Part shown: piece by piece, positions 1 to 8,845 of the stretch
How positions within the stretch are numbered: the stretch's first letter is position 1
Layout: each line of letters begins with the position of its first letter
Origin: Candidatus Hydrogenedentota bacterium
GTDB lineage: Bacteria; Hydrogenedentota; Hydrogenedentia; Hydrogenedentales; SLHB01
NCBI GenBank assembly: GCA_045863295.1
Contig: BTWA01000025.1
Location: 1 to 64,000 of the forward strand
DNA length: 64,000 bases
Reading direction: 5' to 3'
Notes under the pieces: generated by a model
What the model was told of the DNA's origin: nothing
What the model saw: only the letters and a program-made list of their open reading frames with translations
Databases searched by the model: none
Made by a program: the position numbers and the translations under genes

Positions 1-47
1 AGACTGAAGTACAGTCTCCGTGGAAGACTGAAGTACAGTCTCCGTGG
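1..47. repeat. Tandem palindromic repeat (24-bp period, 2 copies visible)
   Basis: AGACTGAAGTACAGTCTCCGTGG at 1-23 and 25-47; each copy has inverted repeat AGACTG-N5-CAGTCT; may extend left of the window. Confidence 0.85.
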
Positions 48-217
48 TGCAGAATCCTCACGCAGAATTCCTTAAGCTTGAAACGCTGAGGATATTTCAC
101 GTGCCTACTGTAGGTGCGCCAGTTTTTGGTAACGGGCCGGTCGAATTGTTGTTACACAGTTAATTGGACAATGTCGTGAAATATCCGGGCTAATGTCGAT
201 GCAGCAGGGCCAAGCGC

Positions 218-1021
218 CTACTTTTTTATGTCGTAGAAGCGGCGCATAACGCGCTCGACAATGAGAGCGGTCCACTTTCTGGTGAGAAAGCGCCGTAGAA
301 AAGACACACCGGCAAAGTCGATTGGCCCGCAACTCAGCCTCTTGCCCAACCTTCGCAATGCAATGGCGGCAATTCTGTCCGCATCCGCGAAGATCTTGCT
401 TTTTCTGGCCAGCCGGGTCTCGTTGTAGCCTTGTGATGTCAGGAATTCGGTATTGGTACCACCGGGGCAAAGTGCGGTCACGTCGACGCCCGTTCCCCTC
501 AACTCGGCCCAGAGGGCCTCAGCGAACGAGAGGTCAAAGGCCTTTGTCGCACCATACACAACGTCGTAGGGAGTGGGTATGACTCCCAGTACGGAGGCGA
601 CAATGACGATTCCACCGCATTTGCGATCCAACATTTGAGGCAGATACAAGTGTGTGAGCCGGACTACAACGTCGCAATTGAGCTTGACCATCTCTGAAAG
701 CCGGTCCTTGGGGGCGGTTTCGAAGCGTCCGCCGGCGCCAAATCCCGCGTTGTTTACGAGTAACCCAATGGGAATGTCTCGTGTGGCGTCAAAGATGTGC
801 TCTGGCGCGCCGTCCTGCGCCAGGTCTATCGCCATGACGCGGCACAGCACGCCGTTCTTGGCGGTCAACTCCTCTGCAAGTTCGTCCAGTCGTGTGCGCC
901 GACGCGCCACGAGCACACAGTTCACCCCCTCGGCTGCAATCTGCCGTGCAAACTCCCGGCCAATGCCGGACGACGCTCCGGTTATCAATGCCCATCCTTG
1001 ATAGCGCTGCAAATTGTTCAT
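218..1021 (-). CDS. Short-chain dehydrogenase/reductase (classical SDR)
   Basis: TGASSGIG, NNAG and YGATK motifs; ATG at 1021 chosen (ORF track extends to 1177). Confidence 0.92.
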   Translation of the reverse strand: MNNLQRYQGWALITGASSGIGREFARQIAAEGVNCVLVARRRTRLDELAEELTAKNGVLCRVMAIDLAQDGAPEHIFDATRDIPIGLLVNNAGFGAGGRFETAPKDRLSEMVKLNCDVVVRLTHLYLPQMLDRKCGGIVIVASVLGVIPTPYDVVYGATKAFDLSFAEALWAELRGTGVDVTALCPGGTNTEFLTSQGYNETRLARKSKIFADADRIAAIALRRLGKRLSCGPIDFAGVSFLRRFLTRKWTALIVERVMRRFYDIKK

Positions 1022-1288
1022 CGGCAATGCTCCCGGTGACAAATGTCCTTGGGCATCATAGCGCAATTCCTCCTTTTTGCCATTATAGAAAGCCGGATGC
1101 CGGATAATTGAGCGGAAATGCCCGCGAGGTGTTTCGGGGTGGTGATTCACCAGAATGGGTGTGCCGATGGATTGCACGAGGATGCCACTTCTGCAATGTC
1201 CAGTCGACGGATTTGTACATTAGAGGTCATACCGGGACCGGCGCAGACTCGTATACCGGCGCCGTGCGGAAGAGGCAAGATGCGGCTT

Positions 1289-2293
1289 CTACTTTTCCGT
1301 AGCCAGTCGCGCCATGCGGGATTGCCAATCGCGCAAGTAGGCTTCCCGCCAGCGGTTGACGGTCTTGGCTCCCGGGTAATTGCGTTCCTGGAGGTCGGGA
1401 TTCGGGTCGTCCGTCCAGTAGTGGGGGCCGTGGTCCGTGGCAATATAGCGCCCACCCCAGTGATCGGCAGTGGGGTCCGCGGGATCGCCGGCAAGCATGT
1501 AGAGTACGGAAGGTGAGTCGCCCATCTTGATGGCACCTAGTTTTTCGACCAGTAGATCGCCCAATGCGCCGTGGCCACGCACGTGTGCTTCGAGAAAGGC
1601 TTTGTTGTCCAGGTCGCCATCCTGATTGCCGCCGACATACATGCCTCTGAAAGTAAAGTTGGATTCTATCCACCAGAGATCGTTGTGGTGATCGAAGAGA
1701 TAATTTCGCGCATGGCGGTCTTGAGACGTGTTCCACGAGCCGATGAAATGCACACGCAACTTTGCTTTGATTTCCGGCACATCGTGCACGGCTTGGGCCA
1801 CGTCCGTGATGGAACCCCACACGAGCACATACAACGGCCGCGGATCAGGTTCGAGCGCTCGAGCCACAATCCACTGCGAACCTTCGGTGGGATTGCCGTA
1901 TCCCGCTTCCGGAGCTGGATCTGTCGCGCCCTGCTTCACTATGGCACGCAAGTGATTGGGGGAAGGATAATGCTCTGAGGATTGTACGAGTTTTGGATAG
2001 TCGGCTTCGTAGGCGTCAATAACCTCATGAATGTGCTTTGCGCGTCCAGCCTCCGGCGGTGACGAAATCAGGCCTTCGATATCCATAGTGTCGGCGTAAA
2101 GCAGCAGATGAACCATGGACTGGTAATCGTCATTGTCAGACCCTCCAATGTCAGTCGACACAATGACGCGATAGCGCTCACCGGCCAGTGCGCCGTGAGG
2201 AAGTGTCGCATTGGTCTGAGCGCCTGAGTATTGCGCCAAGAGAGGAAATGCCGCTAACAAAAGGCCTTTTAGGATAGTGGAACAATTCATCAT
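1289..2293 (-). CDS. Secreted DUF1593 / nucleoside-hydrolase-like protein
   Basis: Signal peptide; RVIVSTDIGGSDNDDYQSMVHLLLYAD, DPRPLYVLVWG and GDSPS motifs. Confidence 0.85.
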   Translation of the reverse strand: MMNCSTILKGLLLAAFPLLAQYSGAQTNATLPHGALAGERYRVIVSTDIGGSDNDDYQSMVHLLLYADTMDIEGLISSPPEAGRAKHIHEVIDAYEADYPKLVQSSEHYPSPNHLRAIVKQGATDPAPEAGYGNPTEGSQWIVARALEPDPRPLYVLVWGSITDVAQAVHDVPEIKAKLRVHFIGSWNTSQDRHARNYLFDHHNDLWWIESNFTFRGMYVGGNQDGDLDNKAFLEAHVRGHGALGDLLVEKLGAIKMGDSPSVLYMLAGDPADPTADHWGGRYIATDHGPHYWTDDPNPDLQERNYPGAKTVNRWREAYLRDWQSRMARLATEK

Positions 2294-2339
2294 GCAACCC
2301 CCAAGCCGCGCTTCGCAGGATCCGTCCCAAAAAGCAGTC

Positions 2340-3377
2340 TCAACCCACCGGCGCGAGCCGCCGCCGCAATTGCCCGCACGCGGCGTCGATATCTTGTCCG
2401 CGTTCCGTGCGCAGCGTAGCGTTGATGCCTGCCTTCTCCAGAAACTCGTGAAACTTAAAGCAACGGTTTCCGGATGGTGGTTCGTAGCCCAGTTCCTGCA
2501 CGGGATTGTAAGGGATAAGATTGACGAATGCATTTACTTGCCGTGCGAGCGTGATGAGTTCCGAGGCGTCTTTGAATGAATCGTTCACATTGTTCAGGAG
2601 TGTCCATTCGAACGTAATTTGCCGACCTGTCACCTTGGTGTATTCGGTGATTGCATCCATCAGCATTTCAATTGGGAATTTGCGATTCAGGGGCACTAGT
2701 TCGTCTCGCAGCTTGTTGTTTGCGGCATGCAGCGATACGCTCAGGCGAACCTGGCCGCCGTCTTGTGCGAACCGACGAATGCCTTTTACTTCGCCTGCGG
2801 TAGACACCGTAATTTTGCGTGCGCCGATTTTCAGTCCGTGGCCATCTTTCAGCAAGTGAATCGCCTTCAGCGTATTTTCGTAGTTGCGGAATGGTTCGCC
2901 CATGCCCATGAACACGATATTTGGGGTGCGTTCGCCCAGTTTCTCCGTGGCTAGGAGATGCAAGGCCTGCTCCACGATTTCACCCGCGGACAAGTTGCGT
3001 GTGTAACCGGAATGGCCTGTGGCGCAAAACGAACATTTTACGGCGCAGCCCACTTGGGTGGACAGGCAGATGGTCACTCGATCCTTGGCGGGTATCAGCA
3101 CGGATTCCACCGTTTCGCCATCGTGCAATTTAAACAGGGCCTTCTTTGTGCCTCGCGCCTGATTTGACTTCGAAATGTGAATCACTTCAAGCCGGTTTGT
3201 CGAAAAGACTTCGGGCAGCCGCGCCCGCAACTCCTTGGACAAGTCGGACATCTTTTCGAAATCGAACGTCTGTTTCTTGTGAATCCAACGGAAGATTTGA
3301 CGCCCTTGAAATCCTTGCAGTTCCAGTGCGTCCGCCATTTCCTGCGGGGTGAGATCAGTTATCGAGGGTTTCATCAT
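2340..3377 (-). CDS. rlmN: 23S rRNA m2A2503 / tRNA methyltransferase RlmN (radical SAM)
   Basis: CAVKCSFC cluster motif, MGMGEP, C-terminal DIDAACGQL. Confidence 0.96.
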   Translation of the reverse strand: MMKPSITDLTPQEMADALELQGFQGRQIFRWIHKKQTFDFEKMSDLSKELRARLPEVFSTNRLEVIHISKSNQARGTKKALFKLHDGETVESVLIPAKDRVTICLSTQVGCAVKCSFCATGHSGYTRNLSAGEIVEQALHLLATEKLGERTPNIVFMGMGEPFRNYENTLKAIHLLKDGHGLKIGARKITVSTAGEVKGIRRFAQDGGQVRLSVSLHAANNKLRDELVPLNRKFPIEMLMDAITEYTKVTGRQITFEWTLLNNVNDSFKDASELITLARQVNAFVNLIPYNPVQELGYEPPSGNRCFKFHEFLEKAGINATLRTERGQDIDAACGQLRRRLAPVG

Positions 3378-4198
3378 TGTGCCGGCCGCCATTGAATAAT
3401 AAACAGTGAAGGTTCCAGAGGGATATTGATCCGAATGTTGCGCATGTCGAAGGTCATCCGCGCGCCCTGTTGGGGAAATTCCGACTGGATGGACGCGGGA
3501 AATTGCACGCCATCTTTTTCATTATACTCGGATCGGCCTGTAATTGCGAGTACGCCCCCTTCATCGTCATATCGCTCGCTCCGCGTCACTCGCCAAGGCG
3601 GGCCGCTAACGACTACTGTCCTGCGAATCCTGTGCCGAGGGCCGACGGTAAACGTCGCGGTCTGCGATGCTGGATCAAATGCCGTGATTCGCGCGTCGCG
3701 GGGCACTTTCAAGGAACCCCAATCTTCCGGCAGAAACATCTCATCGATGACCTCAGAAGGGGAGACGTCAAAGGGCACATCTTCTATCTTCTGGCCTTTG
3801 ATGTGATAAAAATACCGGTCCTTCACCTCTCTTACCGTGGGGAACTCAATCAGGAACTCGTCGCCGGACGACTGTAACTGAAACGCGATCGCGTTCGTTT
3901 TCAACCTTCCTTCCACAAACAGTTTGTCAGGCCGCTGATACGCGACCGTGCCGGTCGGAAAGCGTTGCACGCCTTCGAGTGATGGCGCTTGCAGGGTAAT
4001 GGTTCCCGCCGCGCGAAACGAACTTAGCCGGATGTCATTGGCGTCCAGTTCGTCCAGAATGGATTCCAGACGTGGCGTACTTTCCGGAAGGGGAGTAGTT
4101 GGCACGGGGGTCCCCAGTCCGGCGCAACCTGCCGAGAGCAGGATGCCTGCCAGCCCACTAAGCCACATTGCTGGGCATTTGCATTTCAAGGAGGGCAT
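3374..4198 (-). CDS. Lipoprotein, LolA/LolB-like (DUF4292-like)
   Basis: Lipobox LSAGC; beta-rich sequence ending in GVQFP..I...N..L...LF, typical of LolA-like families; stop overlaps rlmN start. Confidence 0.6.
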   Translation of the reverse strand: MPSLKCKCPAMWLSGLAGILLSAGCAGLGTPVPTTPLPESTPRLESILDELDANDIRLSSFRAAGTITLQAPSLEGVQRFPTGTVAYQRPDKLFVEGRLKTNAIAFQLQSSGDEFLIEFPTVREVKDRYFYHIKGQKIEDVPFDVSPSEVIDEMFLPEDWGSLKVPRDARITAFDPASQTATFTVGPRHRIRRTVVVSGPPWRVTRSERYDDEGGVLAITGRSEYNEKDGVQFPASIQSEFPQQGARMTFDMRNIRINIPLEPSLFIIQWRPAQ

Positions 4199-4306
4199 AA
4201 ATCTCCATTCGTCACGTGAATTGCCATCACACGCGACCGCTATCCGTAGTTTCTCCGCCTGTCCAACCTGGTTTCACTGAAATAGCATTCTCTTCCGTCA
4301 AGACTG

Positions 4307-4315
4307 TGCTATAAT
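4307..4315 (+). promoter_or_regulatory. Extended -10 promoter element
   Basis: TGCTATAAT about 110 bp upstream of the GGDEF gene. Confidence 0.55.
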
Positions 4316-4422
4316 GCTTCTATCCTGACAGGCGGGGGAAGCCTGCCGGGAAGTGTAATTCGTCTTCGCGCATCCAATCCACAAGATTCGGATCCAGCAG
4401 CGCATTTTGGGGGATTCTCGTC

Positions 4423-5361
4423 GTGGTATTCACGGAATCACTGTTGATGACCCTCCTGGACAACCTTCAGGAAGGAGTCTACTTTGTCGACACACATCGG
4501 ACCATCCTCTATTGGAACAAGGGCGCGGAAAGCCTTTCCGGCTACCGCCGCCAAGACGTAGTCGGAAGGTGTTGTGCGTCGAACATTCTTGCCCATGTGT
4601 GTGCTGAAGGCCACGCGATGTGCACGGACGTGTGTCCTTTGATGTTATCCATCCTTGATGGACAACCCCGTCAAACAGAGGCCTACCTGCGGCATTGCGA
4701 CGGCCATCGCATTCCGGTTCAAATTCGCACATCGCCGATTCGAGACGGAAACGGCGATATTGTGGGCGCCATTGAGAGCTTCAGCGACAACAGTGCCGTA
4801 ATCTCCGCATTTCAGCAGGTGGAGGAATTCCGCAAAGACGCCTTGATGTGTCCATTGACCGGTGTGGCCAATCGCCGGTTCGCCGTTCAGTTCCTGGAGC
4901 AGCGTGTTTCCGAATGGAATCGCGAAGGGAAAGCGTTCAGCGTTCTATTCCTGGACATTGATCATTTCAAGTCGGTCAACGACACGCATGGCCATGTCTA
5001 CGGTGACGCCGTGTTGCGCACGGTGGCCACGACCCTGCGAAAGGCGTTGCGGAACTATGATTTTATTGCGCGCTGGGGCGGAGAGGAGTTTGTGGTCGTG
5101 TTGAATCACACCGATCCCGCCCATGTCGCGGCGGCTGCAAATCGCATGCGAATTCTGGTTCAAAATTCGAACGTTCCCACTCGGGAAGGGAGTCTTAGTG
5201 TTACGGTATCGCTGGGCGCGGCTATTGTGCAGCCGGGCGACAACACCGACACCATCGTTAGGCGGGCGGACGAATTGCTGTACGAAAGCAAGCGTTTGGG
5301 TCGTAATCGGGTTACAGTTCAGCCCATTTCGGTGGGGCGAAGGTTCTCCAACGCAGGTTAG
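4423..5361 (+). CDS. PAS-domain diguanylate cyclase
   Basis: N-terminal PAS; DIDHFKSVNDTHGH and RWGGEEF; RxxD I-site (RNYD). Confidence 0.93.
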   Translation: MVFTESLLMTLLDNLQEGVYFVDTHRTILYWNKGAESLSGYRRQDVVGRCCASNILAHVCAEGHAMCTDVCPLMLSILDGQPRQTEAYLRHCDGHRIPVQIRTSPIRDGNGDIVGAIESFSDNSAVISAFQQVEEFRKDALMCPLTGVANRRFAVQFLEQRVSEWNREGKAFSVLFLDIDHFKSVNDTHGHVYGDAVLRTVATTLRKALRNYDFIARWGGEEFVVVLNHTDPAHVAAAANRMRILVQNSNVPTREGSLSVTVSLGAAIVQPGDNTDTIVRRADELLYESKRLGRNRVTVQPISVGRRFSNAG

Positions 5362-5368
5362 AAGCACC

Positions 5369-5791
5369 TCACAGAAAGACCCTCGGAAAGATGGGTTTTT
5401 TCAACGCAACAGTCAACGCGATGCACACCCCGCAAACCGCCACGGTTCCCGCCACTTTGAGCATCGCACGGCGCACCTGAGGGCTTGCGGATCGACCGCT
5501 GGAACACCAACTCGCAAAATGCTCGCAATTGTTGCGAAACACGTGATACGAGCGCTCGCCCATTCGGCTTGCCGCCCGTGCAAGGACTCGGGAACCGTCT
5601 TCATACGACGCCCGGGCAACAACATCGTAGTCACCACCGCGTGCGAAATCGTGAATTGAAGTGCGGGCCACATGGGCTCGCCTTGGTTGCAGTGGATGGC
5701 CTTGGTAATGAATTACCGTGCCGTCGCCGCAATCAATTCCGTGATGCCAATACCCTGAACGCCGGACACGCAAATGGTCGCCACGAGCCAT
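5369..5791 (-). CDS. LRAT / NC-domain (permuted NlpC/P60) family protein
   Basis: GDHL, HHGI, VIH and YHVFRNNCEHFASWC motifs; C-terminal hydrophobic helix. Confidence 0.9.
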   Translation of the reverse strand: MARGDHLRVRRSGYWHHGIDCGDGTVIHYQGHPLQPRRAHVARTSIHDFARGGDYDVVARASYEDGSRVLARAASRMGERSYHVFRNNCEHFASWCSSGRSASPQVRRAMLKVAGTVAVCGVCIALTVALKKPIFPRVFL

Positions 5792-5838
5792 GAGAGCATT
5801 CTCCGTTGGGTTGACCTGGACCTCGCCGTATCGCGCAC

Positions 5839-5884
5839 AAAAAACAATCGAGGCGCCTCGTCGAGTATACGATGAGACGCCCCG
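5839..5884 (-). terminator. Intrinsic terminator after small peptide gene
   Basis: Minus strand stem CGGGGCGTCTCATCG / CGACGAGGCGCCTCG followed by ATTGTTTTTT. Confidence 0.75.
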
Positions 5885-5917
5885 GCTGGAATAGCTCTAC
5901 GCGAAAGACAAGGGCAA

Positions 5918-6034
5918 TTACTTGCCTTTGCTTTGCTTCTTGCTCTTCTTTTCTTCCGGGGACTTCAAAATGGTGTCCGCGGGCAAAGACGCGAGTTTCG
6001 GGTTGAGCTTGCTGATCGTCTTCAGGTGCTTCAT
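5918..6034 (-). CDS. 38-aa Lys-rich small protein (MKHLKTISKLNPKLASLPADTILKSPEEKKSKKQSKGK)
   Basis: Strong SD AAGGAGGTG just before ATG; AAG-rich codons; upstream promoter and downstream terminator; below ORF-track cutoff. Confidence 0.75.
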   Translation of the reverse strand: MKHLKTISKLNPKLASLPADTILKSPEEKKSKKQSKGK

Positions 6035-6266
6035 TGTTTCACCTCCTTCTCATTTGGGGCCGTTGGTCCAGCGATTGTCATCGCCACTTAACTACGTGCA
6101 GAGCCTCTCCTTCACGCTTAGCCGACAACGCTCCCAAGGAGAGCATCAGCAGAGGCTCGACCGTAGACACTAAACACTTAAACTGGCGCTAGGTAAACTC
6201 ACGACCACAATAGGTTGGGTTTACCCACATTGGCATAGGCGGTACGAAACCTACCCATACAAACCC
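6035..6266 (-). ncRNA. Candidate structured 5' leader RNA
   Basis: Several nested hairpins with G-U pairs that form only on the minus strand; lies between the promoter and the peptide gene. Confidence 0.5.
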
Positions 6267-6271
6267 ACGTC

Positions 6272-6300
6272 ACTATAGCCTAACCGAGACAAAAACTCAA
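6272..6300 (-). promoter_or_regulatory. Sigma70-type promoter
   Basis: TTGAGT-N17-TATAGT on the minus strand. Confidence 0.65.
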
Positions 6301-6463
6301 GCTAAATTTATGGACCGCTACCCCTTACGAACAAATGAGCCTGCTGGCCAACACGCCTTGGGGTCTCCGTCCTGTTTCATCCTACAGTCTGTGGCTCACG
6401 CTGTTACACGATCCGTTGAATTCCGGCCAGAGACAACCCCTTATTGCTAGTCGCCTTGAATCG

Positions 6464-7309
6464 TTAGTTTGATTCCTCGTTTACGTCATTTTGATCATTA
6501 ACTTGTTCTGTAATAAGGACTTGTGTTCCGGGCGGGATCATTTGAAATGCTTGGATTACGTCTTCGTTACTCAGGCGTACGCATCCATGGGAGGAGGGAG
6601 TCCCGAGCCGGTCTTCCTGGTTCGTGCCATGTATGTAAATGTACCTGAGGTACGAATCCACATTGCCCCCCTTGTTCTTGCCAGGTTCCTCGCCAGACAA
6701 CCACAAGATACGGGTAAGCACCAGATCCTCGTCCGGCTCGTCGCCCGGTCTCCAGATTTCCTTGGTCCTCTGTCGAGAGCGAAACACTTGTCCGAGTGCT
6801 GCACCTTCTCCGATCTTCTCTGCCACCGAGTGCCAACCCAACGGCGTTTGATTTGACCCCGCCGCCGACCCTGTCCCGTTTTCCGCCGTGGCGCAGACTT
6901 CATCCCAGAGCACTTTTCCGTTCTGGATAATACGCATTCGTTGCTCATCGACGGAAACCCACACACCGATACCGTCCGCAACCCGGTCAGTCCAGCCGTA
7001 AACGGCAAGGATTGCGGCCTGTGCTTCGGTCAGCCGGGTAGGTTCGCCTGGTTCAGCAGCTAATTCGCCGTCGCCCGGCAGTTCCGGGGTGGGTTCAATC
7101 AGCGGGTCGGAGTCGGTCACGGTTCCAGTCTCCTGTCCGTCAGTACTTACAGGTGGCGTCGTACTTGCGTCTGATCGAGGGACCGGTGCCTCTTCTGTGG
7201 GAACCGGGGGAGCGCTGGTTTCCCGGGGAACCATTGCCGCCACCAATAACAGTGAGATGACCACTCCAATTGCAACTCTACCTGCCGATACCATGACTGA
7301 GTTATTCAC
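6464..7309 (-). CDS. L,D-transpeptidase (YkuD family), membrane-anchored
   Basis: N-terminal TM, Pro/Thr linker, TPLG, YIHGT and SHGCVRL catalytic motif. Confidence 0.92.
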   Translation of the reverse strand: MNNSVMVSAGRVAIGVVISLLLVAAMVPRETSAPPVPTEEAPVPRSDASTTPPVSTDGQETGTVTDSDPLIEPTPELPGDGELAAEPGEPTRLTEAQAAILAVYGWTDRVADGIGVWVSVDEQRMRIIQNGKVLWDEVCATAENGTGSAAGSNQTPLGWHSVAEKIGEGAALGQVFRSRQRTKEIWRPGDEPDEDLVLTRILWLSGEEPGKNKGGNVDSYLRYIYIHGTNQEDRLGTPSSHGCVRLSNEDVIQAFQMIPPGTQVLITEQVNDQNDVNEESN

Positions 7310-7396
7310 CTCATCGCCTTGACGAAATTACAGAGGGTCATATGCTAGCATGACTGAAACCGCGAATTCGTTCAAAATTGATCGGGGGTATACTGC

Positions 7397-8467
7397 ATGT
7401 TTCGAACCGTATGCGTCAGCATGGGCTTCGTCGTCGGGATTCTAACAACAGGTCGCGCGATGGCAGATCCGGCCCCCGCGGAGCGTCTGGCTACCGCGGC
7501 TACTGCTTTTCTCCAGTCTTTGGACGGAGATCTGCGATCCAAAGTTCAGTTTGAATTTGACGCGGACCAGCGTTTCGTCTGGCATTTCGTGCCGATGGAT
7601 CGCGAAGGGGTGCCCTTGCGAGATATGTCTGAGGCGCAGCAGGCGAGTGCTTTGGCCATGGTCAAGGCGGGTCTTAGCGAGGAGGGATTCGAAACTGAGG
7701 AAGCCATCCGGTCTCTGGACATCATCCTGCGAGAAATCGAGAATAACCCCAGCCGCGATCCCGACAAGTATTACGTGATGATCTTTGGCGATCCTGCGCC
7801 TGACGGTACTTGGGCGTTGCGGTTTGAAGGTCATCATTTGTCGCTGCATTGGACCGTTGTAAAGGGCCATGTGTCGCTGAATCTGCCGCAATTCCTTGGC
7901 TCGAATCCCGCCGACGTGCACGAAGGCCCTCAACAAGGGCTTCGGGTGTTGGGTGCGCAGGAAGACCTGGGGCGAGCATTGGTCACGTCTCTGAGCGAGG
8001 GGCAGCGCGCCAAAGCGGTAATCTCCAAAGAAGCGCCAAAAGACGTCTTATCGGGGAACCAGCGGGAAATGCAGATCGTCGAGCACGTGGGTTTGCCTTA
8101 CGGCGAATTAACCGAGGAACAGAAATCCGCGATGTTGGCCCTGATCGAGGCCCATGCCCGTGTACAAGTGAAAGAGGTGGCGGAGAACCGGTTAAAGCGA
8201 TTGAAGGACAGTCTGGACACGGTCACATTTGTGTGGATGGGGGGCTTTGAGAAGGGGCAAGCACACTATTACCGGGTGCAATCGGACAAGTTCATCATTG
8301 AGTACGACAATATTCAGAACAATGCCAATCATATTCATACGATCTGGCGTGACGTAGACGGTGATTTTGGGGAAGATTTGCTCAAGCTGCATTATCAGCA
8401 ACACGCCCATAATCCGGGCCATGGGCATGACGGCGCCGGAGACGACCTACCTCATCCGCACGAGTGA
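7397..8467 (+). CDS. Secreted DUF3500 domain protein
   Basis: Signal peptide; RFEGHHLS, PQFLGSNP, HYYRVQ and NHIHTIWRD motifs; His-rich tail. Confidence 0.88.
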   Translation: MFRTVCVSMGFVVGILTTGRAMADPAPAERLATAATAFLQSLDGDLRSKVQFEFDADQRFVWHFVPMDREGVPLRDMSEAQQASALAMVKAGLSEEGFETEEAIRSLDIILREIENNPSRDPDKYYVMIFGDPAPDGTWALRFEGHHLSLHWTVVKGHVSLNLPQFLGSNPADVHEGPQQGLRVLGAQEDLGRALVTSLSEGQRAKAVISKEAPKDVLSGNQREMQIVEHVGLPYGELTEEQKSAMLALIEAHARVQVKEVAENRLKRLKDSLDTVTFVWMGGFEKGQAHYYRVQSDKFIIEYDNIQNNANHIHTIWRDVDGDFGEDLLKLHYQQHAHNPGHGHDGAGDDLPHPHE

Positions 8468-8478
8468 GGCCGTTGAAC

Positions 8479-8844
8479 ATGATTCGTCGAATACACCATG
8501 CCCAAATAACCGTGCCGAGGGATTGCGAGGACGCTGCAAAGGCATTCTATTGCGGCGTACTGCAACTCACGGAGATTTCCAAACCGGCATCGCTCGCGGG
8601 GCGGGGCGGGTTTTGGGTCCGAGTGGGCGATCAGGAATTACACGTGGGCACGGAGCCTGACGTCGACCGCAAACGCACCAAAGCGCATCTTGCCTATGAA
8701 GTGGACGACATCGACCGCATGGAGTCGAGACTCAGGCAACATGGCGTAACGATATTGGAATCCGTGCCTATTCCGGGGTATCAGCGATTTGAATTTCGTG
8801 ATCCGTTCGGCAACAGGGTCGAGTGTATCCAGCCAGTCCGGTGA
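8479..8844 (+). CDS. VOC / glyoxalase family protein
   Basis: IHHAQI, AKAFYCGVL, ELHVG, HLAYEV, DPFGNRVE. Confidence 0.9.
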   Translation: MIRRIHHAQITVPRDCEDAAKAFYCGVLQLTEISKPASLAGRGGFWVRVGDQELHVGTEPDVDRKRTKAHLAYEVDDIDRMESRLRQHGVTILESVPIPGYQRFEFRDPFGNRVECIQPVR

Positions 8845-8845
8845 A

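Noticed and set aside
1..47. CRISPR array
   Set aside because: Repeats are separated by 1 nt with no unique spacers; no cas genes in the window
5922..6173. 83-aa plus-strand ORF
   Set aside because: Antisense to the SD-supported 38-aa peptide and its leader; no RBS
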